A stretch of DNA of 63,980 nt, counting the filler, from an uncultured bacterium (GTDB taxonomy: Bacteria > CAYJOG01), in NCBI GenBank assembly GCA_964371695.1. It is 5 parts of 5 records of this genome, joined end to end, with 100 filler letters (N's around TTAATTAATTAA, not from the genome) between each part and the next. Parts side by side here need not be neighbours in the genome. Positions count along the whole stretch, not along the records: positions 41,905 to 55,500 come from CAYJOG010000028.1; positions 55,601 to 63,980 come from CAYJOG010000100.1; 3 more parts are not named here. One strand, given 5' to 3'. The notes beneath the pieces were generated by a model, which worked only from the letters and a program-made list of their open reading frames with translations, had not been told where the DNA came from and searched no databases. A program made the position numbers and the translations under genes. Of the stretch, positions 48,035-56,354 are shown in pieces. Position 1 is the stretch's first letter. Each line of letters starts with the position of its first letter.

Positions 48035-50674
48035 ATGATTGACGACTTCGACATTTTCAAACTGATCGACGAATTCGGCATTTCAGAAAAGCCCGCCAAA
48101 CTGCTACTTAGGGCGATCAATGAAATCATGACGCATGAATTGACGGCGGAAGGTTTTATTCATGTTAAAGACCGCACCTTTGTCAGGCCCATTGAAAACA
48201 AGTTTTTCCACATCATACATTTCTATCCAGTCAGGCATGAGGGGCGAATATTGTCTTGGGGATTGGGTCTTCCTTTCATGCCCGAAGTAAAGGACGAGAA
48301 AGTCAAATGGCTTCTGAAACCTGAAACCACGAAAATAACCATGGCACTGTCTGGAAAAATACCAAGCCAAGATATGATTTTTTTTGGTGACCCCGTGATA
48401 AAAGTTTCATTACTGGCCGGGGGTGACTCTATTCGTCTCCAGTTGGAATCACAGTGGAAAAATAATAAAAAAATTATCCTAGACAGCCTATCTCAGTTCT
48501 ATTCTTTTCAGGCGCTAATTCACCATATACAAGATTGTTACTTGAAATCAATCCTGATTTCCAGGGCTTATTTGGATGAGGCCATTGCCTATGCATGTCT
48601 CCTAGCCAGCATGGGAAAGCTGGAGGAGGCCGAGCTGGTTATAGAGGAATGGAGCAAGGAAAACAAGAAATCTGCTGGGCGGAAGGAGATCATCCGAAAC
48701 ATCCTGAAATTAGTTTTCGAAAAACTGGGTGTTTCTACATTGAAAGTCAAGGATTCGGCGCTTGCTGGGTGGACTCCGCCGATCAAACGCGCCCGGGACT
48801 TTGTACCCGAGTCCGTCGAAACTCAAATTAAAACCAAAGACTTGAGTGCAGTCAAACGCTTCTTGAAAGACGAAGCCCATCTTGGGCTGATTGATCGCGA
48901 TGGGAAAAGCCTCCTTTCCATCGCATGTGAGGCAGGGTTTTCAGAACTTGCTAAATTCCTGATTAAAAAAGGATTATCTGTCCACCACCAAGATGACCTG
49001 GGAAGAACACCGCTTCATTTCGCATTTTTATCGGACAATCTGGATATTGCATCCATGTTATTAAAAAACAGCGCAGACCCCGCAGTGAAGGACAAAGAAG
49101 GCATTAGCTGCATTGCCTGCTCCTTGCGCCAAAAGGATGGTAGCGGTCTCATTCTTCTTTTAAAATTCGGTTATCCACCCTCCGAAGATCATTTCAAAAT
49201 GGATGCTGGTGGCAATACAGCCCTTCACAGGTTGTCCGAAAAGGGGAGCGAGTTTCTCATTATTGGCCTAGTTTCGACAGGACACGACATCAATAAAAAA
49301 AACATAATGGGCCGAACGCCTCTGCACCTCGCCATCCTGTCTGAAAATTTCTCAAACGCCAAATTACTCGTCAGATTAGGGGCTAATCCTATTTTAGAAG
49401 ATCACTATCGCTCAACATCCTTAGACCTTCTTTTTCACCTCCAATGCAAGCAAGAAAAGCAATTGCTTGAGATGATTGACCTGTTAATGGGGTTCGGCGT
49501 TCCTATTGTTCACCCCTATCAAAAGGTCAATCCATTGTGTTGGCCCGCTGAATTCGGATTTTACCACGTAGTCAAAAAAATACTGGATCTTGGCGTTTCG
49601 CCCAATTACGTGCCGTCGGGTAATATTCAAGACCCAGCAGTTGCCAACGCGGTGCTCAATGGACATTTTGATATTGTCAAAATGTTGGTATATGGAGGAG
49701 CCGACCTCACCTTCAAAAAGCGAAATGGAGAGCCTTTGGTGAATCAAGCCCTGTCACATCCAGAGATACTGGCCTTTCTCATACAAAAAGGCGCCCCTGT
49801 GGATCAACTAAATTCCCGAGGTGAAACGAGTCTGGATGTTGCCATTGCGAGGCAATGCCGCGAGGCCATCCACCTACTGCAATCAGTGGGCGTGAATGAA
49901 ACGGAACATGAGACCCGCCTGACGGATTTTCCTCCCTTCGCCAAAGCTGTTTCTCTCTTTCTAGGCCGCCAGGCAAAAAAGGACACCGCTGGTTCCAAAA
50001 CTCGATTTGTCCTAAAGTTCAGAAAAAAGCCGCCCGTCAAAGACCTTACCGATCTCGAAAAATCACTTTCCGCCGTCAGAGACCGCGATTTGTGGTTCGC
50101 CGTTCCCGGCAACATGATGGAAACCCTGAGGACTAATGTTCTATTTTCGGAATGCGCCCCCTCGAAGCTTGGAGAAGGCCTCCAAAAAGTAAGAAATGGA
50201 AAAGGCCTTCTGGCCTTCTATTCCAATACAACGGATTGGACCTGTTTATTCGCTCCCTGCCTGTTTGAGCGTCCTGATGTCGCCGCCTCAATTCTGATGG
50301 ACTTAAGTGTCAGTGCCGAGGAGGCGCTGATGTTCGGGGCGCTAAACAAGGCAAATTGGAGGTTTTGGTTTCGTGTCAGGCACCAAGAAATCAAACGGAT
50401 GTTTGAATACCACGGCGAATCTGGACTCATCCGATTCCTTGGCCCCCACACCTCCGCCGAGGAAAAAATTCTTCCCTACTATTACGACCAAACAGAGGAG
50501 GAATGGCGTCCCTCTCTTGAGGACGTTGTCCAGATCGCTTCAGCTTGGAGCTTCAATCCTGCTTGGCTGGCCTTCCTGGAGAAGGATTGGGCGAAAGGAC
50601 AGGGCTACTTGATGGCTGTCCATACCGAAAAATCCATCCGAGGCAAAAATCAGAACCCGGAACCCCAAAAATGA
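48035..50674 (+). CDS. Ankyrin-repeat multidomain protein
   Basis: Multiple ANK motifs (GRTPLHFA, GNTALH, GRTPLHLA, GETSLDVA). Markedly more AT-rich than flanking genes. Confidence 0.85.
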   Translation: MIDDFDIFKLIDEFGISEKPAKLLLRAINEIMTHELTAEGFIHVKDRTFVRPIENKFFHIIHFYPVRHEGRILSWGLGLPFMPEVKDEKVKWLLKPETTKITMALSGKIPSQDMIFFGDPVIKVSLLAGGDSIRLQLESQWKNNKKIILDSLSQFYSFQALIHHIQDCYLKSILISRAYLDEAIAYACLLASMGKLEEAELVIEEWSKENKKSAGRKEIIRNILKLVFEKLGVSTLKVKDSALAGWTPPIKRARDFVPESVETQIKTKDLSAVKRFLKDEAHLGLIDRDGKSLLSIACEAGFSELAKFLIKKGLSVHHQDDLGRTPLHFAFLSDNLDIASMLLKNSADPAVKDKEGISCIACSLRQKDGSGLILLLKFGYPPSEDHFKMDAGGNTALHRLSEKGSEFLIIGLVSTGHDINKKNIMGRTPLHLAILSENFSNAKLLVRLGANPILEDHYRSTSLDLLFHLQCKQEKQLLEMIDLLMGFGVPIVHPYQKVNPLCWPAEFGFYHVVKKILDLGVSPNYVPSGNIQDPAVANAVLNGHFDIVKMLVYGGADLTFKKRNGEPLVNQALSHPEILAFLIQKGAPVDQLNSRGETSLDVAIARQCREAIHLLQSVGVNETEHETRLTDFPPFAKAVSLFLGRQAKKDTAGSKTRFVLKFRKKPPVKDLTDLEKSLSAVRDRDLWFAVPGNMMETLRTNVLFSECAPSKLGEGLQKVRNGKGLLAFYSNTTDWTCLFAPCLFERPDVAASILMDLSVSAEEALMFGALNKANWRFWFRVRHQEIKRMFEYHGESGLIRFLGPHTSAEEKILPYYYDQTEEEWRPSLEDVVQIASAWSFNPAWLAFLEKDWAKGQGYLMAVHTEKSIRGKNQNPEPQK

Positions 50675-50686
50675 AAGCCAAGCAGT
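50617..50686 (+). repeat. Transposon-end-like unit TGTCCATACCGAAAAATCCATCCG…CCCAAAAATGAAAGCCAA
   Basis: Homologous units at 54910, 54942, 55111 and 55228, and at 362-380 on the reverse strand. Confidence 0.75.
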
Positions 50687-50713
50687 GTTGTGCTTGTTGT
50701 GCTACTGAAGTGC

Positions 50714-51130
50714 TCAAAAAACATATTCAACCAAGGTTTGTTCGAGTCCGCCCAGTATCATTCCCAGGAGCCAAGCAGCGTGAAGCCGCGTGAAGGAGAA
50801 AACCGGAAAGCCAAAGCCAACCCAAGGGTATGGCTGCTTCTGGCCGATCCAGATTTCCTCGACGGCAGGCAGAGTTTGGTGAAGCTGTCGTATGGCTGGG
50901 TGGCTCAGCCGGGTATGGCGGCAAAGGTGTTCTTGGCGGCGATCGATGGGTCGGGAGGCATGCCTTTTGCTGCCCAACCTTTTCAATTTGTCTTCGAGCA
51001 TTTGAATCTGGGCACGAAGGGCGGCGTTCTCCAGGCGCAGGTCGGTAGAGGACTTGAGACTGGACTTGAGGACTGCGGCCAGTCCGGGCAAGCCGCAGAT
51101 CAGGTCCCCAAGGGTGTTGAAGGTCATCAT
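50714..51130 (-). pseudogene. Internally deleted rve transposase remnant
   Basis: DLRLENAALRAQIQML parallels the 46-315 remnant. GGGAGG RBS present; ILGGL near the end; no DDE core. Confidence 0.55.
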
Positions 51131-51611
51131 GAAACCTCCCAGGGTGCAGAAAAAACTTGTGTGACGATTTTACACGGATTGGTAGATACGCGGGTCCAAA
51201 AGCGACCAAGTTGTCCTCTGGAGCTGAACAAAATGGGTGGCCGGGCGCGTCAAAATGGTGGGTTGAGTGGCAGCCGCCCGGCAAGGGTGAATTTCAAAAA
51301 CCCCCTGCAAAACAGACTTGGATATATTTATTGTGGGGCTTGGCAGAGCACCCGAACGGCCAAAACCGGGGGGCCACCCCCGGATGTCCCGGCCAGACTC
51401 AGCCAGACCCAACGAAAAGCGGCGTAGTCGCTAAATGGCGAGGCCAAAATGACCTTTTTTCGCCCGCCAGTCTCAGAGACCGTTTTGTAACTATATTTGT
51501 TGCCTCCAGGCGAAAATAAATTGTTACCCTCCAAGCAATGTCGAAAAATGTCCAAATGGGTTTGAACATCTAACTCGTCTATGCTCCAAGGCAGTTTTCA
51601 CCGACTTTTCT

Positions 51612-52568
51612 TTGGCCAACTTTTTAATGGATGTAAAGTCACCTCCAGGGAATATCATGAAAATCGATATCCGTTTTGGAGACAGTAAAAAATATCGATG
51701 CCGTGGAAACAATAATGGTGGAAAGTGTTCAATCAAATTAGAGTCTACTCAAGAAGCCGGGGCAGGCCGGGCAAAAAAACTAGCGCGGTCTAGCCTGGGT
51801 GCGGTCACAAATATTACCCAACCAGGTGGGACAGTAGGGTTTATCCAAATTCATGACGGTGATACCCAAATTCTGAGTTCCATCCTTCAGGCGGGTAAAG
51901 TCATTAACAACTTCACAGTAGCCCGTCCAGGCAGTACTCTTAACTTGGCCAATGGTCTTCTCCTCCAATATGGAGACGATGCCTTTCAGTCCATCGTCAG
52001 CCGCACTGTCAATGGCCCCAATGAGAATTGCTTGGTCAGCATTCCTTCTGGGCAAGAAATCGGTCAAGTTGACCATATCATTCCAGCTTATCAAAAGGGT
52101 GTCAGTCTCTCTGCAGCCCCCAGGAGTTATCTGGAGGTGCGAATTGATCCAAATTGCCAAGCGGATTCTCTTACTTTCAATGTTGAGATACTCGCTCAAC
52201 GAAAAAGTGATGGCCGTTGGTTTTCTTTTAATGATACTCAGACCATTCCTGTTTCTTCCCGTGTGGGTATCACCTCCTGGCAGGTTACTGATCCTCTTTA
52301 CATTGCGGGCGCCACCCAAAGGTTTGTTTTAAATCTGGATGGCCCCTTGGGTAGTGATCTGGTTGAGATCACCATTTTTGAAGATGGTGCGAGCACCCCT
52401 TTGCATACATTTAACCAATCCCAGTTAGTTCCCATTGCCGGTTTGATTAACACCTATAAACTGGACCAAGTGTTCCAACTGCCCCCTGGCAATTACAAAG
52501 CTCATGTTGTGGTGGGGCAAACTACATCACCAGCCACCGCCGAAACAGCTTTTAAGGTGGTGTACTGA
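51612..52568 (+). CDS. Hypothetical beta-rich extracellular-type protein, probably 5'-truncated
   Basis: The frame is open back to 51453 with no canonical start before 51612 and no signal peptide. The stop overlaps the next ATG. Confidence 0.6.
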   Translation: MANFLMDVKSPPGNIMKIDIRFGDSKKYRCRGNNNGGKCSIKLESTQEAGAGRAKKLARSSLGAVTNITQPGGTVGFIQIHDGDTQILSSILQAGKVINNFTVARPGSTLNLANGLLLQYGDDAFQSIVSRTVNGPNENCLVSIPSGQEIGQVDHIIPAYQKGVSLSAAPRSYLEVRIDPNCQADSLTFNVEILAQRKSDGRWFSFNDTQTIPVSSRVGITSWQVTDPLYIAGATQRFVLNLDGPLGSDLVEITIFEDGASTPLHTFNQSQLVPIAGLINTYKLDQVFQLPPGNYKAHVVVGQTTSPATAETAFKVVY

Positions 52569-53713
52569 TGGTTGGCAGTGAATTTTTTCTTTCAAAGCTC
52601 TTTTGGGGTGTCGCTTTTTGGGCTTTGGCCACCTTTTGGTGGACTATTCCCGCTGCCAAAGCCGCCCCACTCTGGAGTGTTGAAATTGAGGCTGTCAGCA
52701 ACACCACAGCCAGCGAGCTTCAAGTGATTCCCTTTGAAAATGAAAACATCCTGAATCCTTTTTTGCTGCCCGTCCCAAGTCCCTCCCCATCGTTTCAGCC
52801 TGACCCGACAAGCCTTGTCTTCAAAGGTCAGCCAGATGCTACCGGGGTGGATAACCTGAATGCCCATGTCACTCTTTTGAGGATCGAAAGCACCGTAGGT
52901 GGCTCCCTGGCCCCTCAAGACACGATTACGGTGACGTTGAAGTGCACGGATAATGCCAATGTGGTTCATATTTCTTTGATGGAACTGAGCGGTGACCAAG
53001 AGCGGATTGGGTGCGAGATTGACCCGGTCACTCAACAGCCCAAAAGCATGCAGGTGAACCTTGGCGCCACCCTTGTGCCTGGCCAGGGGCATCTGCTACT
53101 CTATGTTTTAGAGAAGTCAGAGGTCAGATCGGGGGCTGTGGTGTATGTCGCAAAAAACGAGGTGGGCGGAGGCTATCAGGAAGAGTATTTTGGCCTCCTG
53201 TTTGATGGCGTTGATGTGAAAGATAGTTGGAGCTTTGGTGATTTTGAGGGGGTGCAGGCAGCCTTGAAAACCAACACCACACCAGAAACCACTTTTACCA
53301 CAGTCCCAATAAACCAGGAAACCGGTAATTTTCAATATTTTTCTACGAGTCTGATCAATCCCGATGAGTTTGAAGTGGGACGCATCGCCTTCGCCGTAAA
53401 CTCAAATCAGCAAAGAACAAAGAAGTACTGCTTTAGCGTCCTGCTTTCGCAGGTTGCGGGCTTTACCACCCACACGTTTGGTATAGGTGTTAACCCGGAT
53501 GCAACAGGAGATGGCAAGGTGGATCTTAAGGATTTGGGTTACATAAAGAAAGTTTTTGGCAAAGCTTTATCCGATATACTTGATGATCCAGAGTTGATTG
53601 ATAAGTTCCAGAATTCAGACTTCAATCTTGATGTCAAAGTGGACTTGAAAGACCTTGGGGTGTTAAAACAAAGATATAACAAGGATTTTGCGATCGGGGG
53701 TGAGTGTGAATAA
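52568..53713 (+). CDS. Secreted protein with C-terminal dockerin-like domain
   Basis: Signal peptide …IPAAKA-AP; paired Ca loops DATGDGKVDLKDL and DFNLDVKVDLKDL. Confidence 0.8.
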   Translation: MVGSEFFLSKLFWGVAFWALATFWWTIPAAKAAPLWSVEIEAVSNTTASELQVIPFENENILNPFLLPVPSPSPSFQPDPTSLVFKGQPDATGVDNLNAHVTLLRIESTVGGSLAPQDTITVTLKCTDNANVVHISLMELSGDQERIGCEIDPVTQQPKSMQVNLGATLVPGQGHLLLYVLEKSEVRSGAVVYVAKNEVGGGYQEEYFGLLFDGVDVKDSWSFGDFEGVQAALKTNTTPETTFTTVPINQETGNFQYFSTSLINPDEFEVGRIAFAVNSNQQRTKKYCFSVLLSQVAGFTTHTFGIGVNPDATGDGKVDLKDLGYIKKVFGKALSDILDDPELIDKFQNSDFNLDVKVDLKDLGVLKQRYNKDFAIGGECE

Positions 53714-54905
53714 TTTATCCACCAGTTATAACAAAAAGACTGTTTTTAAGACAGCTATTGTTTTTTTGGTTTATTTCTTCTTGATGCCCCACGCAATGTC
53801 TTACTCTCCTTCTGATGGCCGGGTTTGTTTTAGGTCGATCGAAGAAAAAAATACTTGTCCAAAAAGTGGATTTACTGAAATTCGGGTTGGCCATGAAAAG
53901 CCGTTTGAGATTAAAGTGGTGTTCGAGGCATCAGGACAAGAATATGGATTTTTTGGGATTACTTCTCACTTTCGCCTTCCCAGGGAATTCGGCGCAGGAA
54001 GATGTCGCCTTGCTAACCCCTCTAGTATAGACCTTTTTTCCTTCGATGGAGACTGGGATAGAGACAAGAAAATTGACTCCGACCTTGAAATCCCACAATA
54101 CAATAATAAAATTGTGGCGACCTTTTTTGACTTTAAACCAGCCAGGGAAAGCGGGATAATACTAATATGCCGAATGAATGGTGGATCGCAAGGTGCGCTT
54201 ATTGAGTGGTGCACCGAAGAATATGACGTGCTTAATAAAGACTGTAAATTGGGGGACCTTTTTGGGTATGCTCCTTCCATAGCTGGTTTGGACAAATTGG
54301 TAGATGATGAACAAAATGGGCATTCAGTTGTTTACGAAGCGACTTTTTTACCAGCGAAGATTATTGTTGATGATGAGCAAAAACAAAAAGATGTCGACTG
54401 TGACAGCACCTGCCTAAAAGTGACCGCAGCGCCAAGGAGTAATGAAGGGCAGGCAAGGACTGGCGCACTGACCATGCCCCTTGCCTACTCCATTGTCCAG
54501 GCGGAAACGGAACATCTAGGCTGTGTTCAAACTGCCCCGGGCAAGGACGGCGGCTCCCTTCTCATCACAGTGGATGAAAAACGGTGCTCCACGGATGAAA
54601 AAGTAAACCTGATTGTTAACGACGTGCCCCAGGGCTTCGCCCGCACCAGCGAAGACACCTTTGTTTGTCGGAGGAATGTATCGGTTCAATCCCTTCTGGC
54701 TGAAAAGGAAATTGTTTGCGAGTTGGGCCTCCCCGACAATTCTGGTGATGCCAATAAAGATGGAAAAATTGACATGAAAGACCTTGGCGCAATCAAAAAA
54801 GAGTTCAACCAAAAACCGGAAACGGCAGACTTTAACGCTGATGGCAAGGTTGACATGAAGGACCTTGGCATTCTTAAACAGTATTTTGGACTGTCTTTTC
54901 AATAA
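53706..54905 (+). CDS. Secreted protein with putative cohesin-like domain and C-terminal dockerin
   Basis: N-terminal hydrophobic signal, then a beta-sandwich-like region (FEIKVVFE…SGIILICRM). Dockerin GDANKDGKIDMKDL…ADFNADGKVDMKDL. The cohesin call is tentative. Confidence 0.75.
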   Translation: MNNLSTSYNKKTVFKTAIVFLVYFFLMPHAMSYSPSDGRVCFRSIEEKNTCPKSGFTEIRVGHEKPFEIKVVFEASGQEYGFFGITSHFRLPREFGAGRCRLANPSSIDLFSFDGDWDRDKKIDSDLEIPQYNNKIVATFFDFKPARESGIILICRMNGGSQGALIEWCTEEYDVLNKDCKLGDLFGYAPSIAGLDKLVDDEQNGHSVVYEATFLPAKIIVDDEQKQKDVDCDSTCLKVTAAPRSNEGQARTGALTMPLAYSIVQAETEHLGCVQTAPGKDGGSLLITVDEKRCSTDEKVNLIVNDVPQGFARTSEDTFVCRRNVSVQSLLAEKEIVCELGLPDNSGDANKDGKIDMKDLGAIKKEFNQKPETADFNADGKVDMKDLGILKQYFGLSFQ

Positions 54906-54909
54906 GAAA

Positions 54910-55310
54910 TGTCCATACCGAAAAATCGTAACTGTCCAACCTGTGGGTCCCGAAAAAGCGGTCGCTTAAATTAAATCAACCAATGAACTCAAAAATGGAG
55001 CAAAAACCGAAAGAACTAGTCCAAGGTAAGGAGTCCGCCAAAGTGGATTGGACCATTGTGGGGCCAAAAAATGGGATGATCCGATTTGAAACTGGCTATT
55101 TACTCACGGGTGTTGATACCGAAAAATCCATCCGAGCACCCAAACCGAAAGCCGCACCCGAAAAATGAACGCCAATCTGACTGAAAAAGTTGAAGCATGG
55201 GCTCCCCAATGGTTGGGAGGATCGTGGTGTCCCTACCGAAAAAGCCGTCGCTTAAATTCAAAGCCATCAAAAACCCCAAAAATGAACGCCAAGCAGCCTG
55301 AAAAAGTGGG
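54910..55310 (+). repeat. Tandem array of four transposon-end-like units
   Basis: TGTCCATACCGAAAAAT (54910), TGTGGGTCCCGAAAAAGCGGTCGCTTAAATT (54942), TGTTGATACCGAAAAATCCATCCG (55111), TGTCCCTACCGAAAAAGCCGTCGCTTAAATT (55228). Confidence 0.75.
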
Positions 55311-55500
55311 AGAACTGGAACCCAAAGGACGGGAAGCCTCGTGCTTTGCGGTTTCAGTCAGCGAGAATCAGTGCGAAAGGCGATCGTTACCCACGAAGTC
55401 CCCAATCGGTTTGAACCTCAAGGTGGATTTTGAAAGAAAGGAAGACCGACGCCGGAAATCAGGCAGCCCAGCGGAGTTCGTGGACCAAACCATTCATGTG

Positions 55501-55600
55501 NNNNNNNNNNNNNNNNNNNNNNNNNNNNNNNNNNNNNNNNNNNNTTAATTAATTAANNNNNNNNNNNNNNNNNNNNNNNNNNNNNNNNNNNNNNNNNNNN
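55501..55600. other. Artificial contig spacer
   Basis: N44-TTAATTAATTAA-N44. Confidence 0.98.
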
Positions 55601-55657
55601 GCGGGGACGCCTGTGGCTACTCGCGCCACCAGAACTGGTTTTTGCTTTTTGTCCTTA

Positions 55658-55684
55658 CTGGATTCCCGCCTTCGCGGGAATGAC
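55658..55684. repeat. ATTCCCGC-CTTC-GCGGGAAT palindromic repeat
   Basis: Perfect 8-bp stem; a related half-copy GTCATTCCCGTGAAGGCGG lies at ~30131. Confidence 0.6.
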
Positions 55685-55787
55685 GCCAACTTGTAGGGGG
55701 ACGCCAGTGCTACCATTGCCGAAAATGCCCTAAGCCCTGGCTGGGTAACAGGTTTTCCCCGCCACCTGCTACACTTGATCTTCCAGC

Positions 55788-56354
55788 ATGAAAACCATCT
55801 TGCAGTTGCTGCTCTGTCCCTGGGTAGTGTTGTGGCTGTGGCTGAAAAAGGGCCAGACGCTTTCACAGACCCTTGAAGGCGTGACACCCCTGCCCCTCAG
55901 CCAGCAGGTGTTTCCTCAACTCCTGGGTTGCTGCCTGCTGGCGGGGGCCATGGGCTGGCGCATTTTTTCTTCACCCCACATGGCGACGTCTCTGGCGGGA
56001 GCGACATGGGCGGTGGTGCTGGGTGTGGGCCTCCTCGGTGGGATTTTGTGGTGGCTGCTGATGCGCCTGAGCGGCTGGTTTCTCAACAGGCAATTCCAGA
56101 CCTCTCCCGATTCCCAGAACCTCACGCCGCTGCTTTACGCCGGGCCGTGGTTCTTCTGGTGGCTGGCCCTGGGGCCGTGGGGCGCGCCCGCCCTGGTGCT
56201 GGGCTGGTGGCACCGGCGCATCGCCCTTGAAAAACAGGCGGGCCTGGACCCCCAGCAAGCCATGTCCGCCCTGGCGGTGTTGTGGTGCGCCCCCATGGCG
56301 CTGGCGGCGTTGCTGTTATGGGGGTTTCGTTTCTGGGTGGTGGTGACCAGTTGA
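55788..56354 (+). CDS. Small membrane protein (Yip1-like topology)
   Basis: 188 aa with 4-5 hydrophobic segments; the stop overlaps the TTG of the next gene. Confidence 0.6.
   Translation: MKTILQLLLCPWVVLWLWLKKGQTLSQTLEGVTPLPLSQQVFPQLLGCCLLAGAMGWRIFSSPHMATSLAGATWAVVLGVGLLGGILWWLLMRLSGWFLNRQFQTSPDSQNLTPLLYAGPWFFWWLALGPWGAPALVLGWWHRRIALEKQAGLDPQQAMSALAVLWCAPMALAALLLWGFRFWVVVTS

Noticed and set aside
54910-55310. Possible CRISPR array or integron attC array
   Set aside because: The units are degenerate and irregularly spaced (32, 169, 117 bp), and are not palindromic GTTRRRY/RYYYAAC sites. No cas or tyrosine integrase gene is present.
54983-55500. Two small ORFs after the dockerin cluster
   Set aside because: Largely translations of the repeat units (TEKSIR, MNAK); probably not genes.
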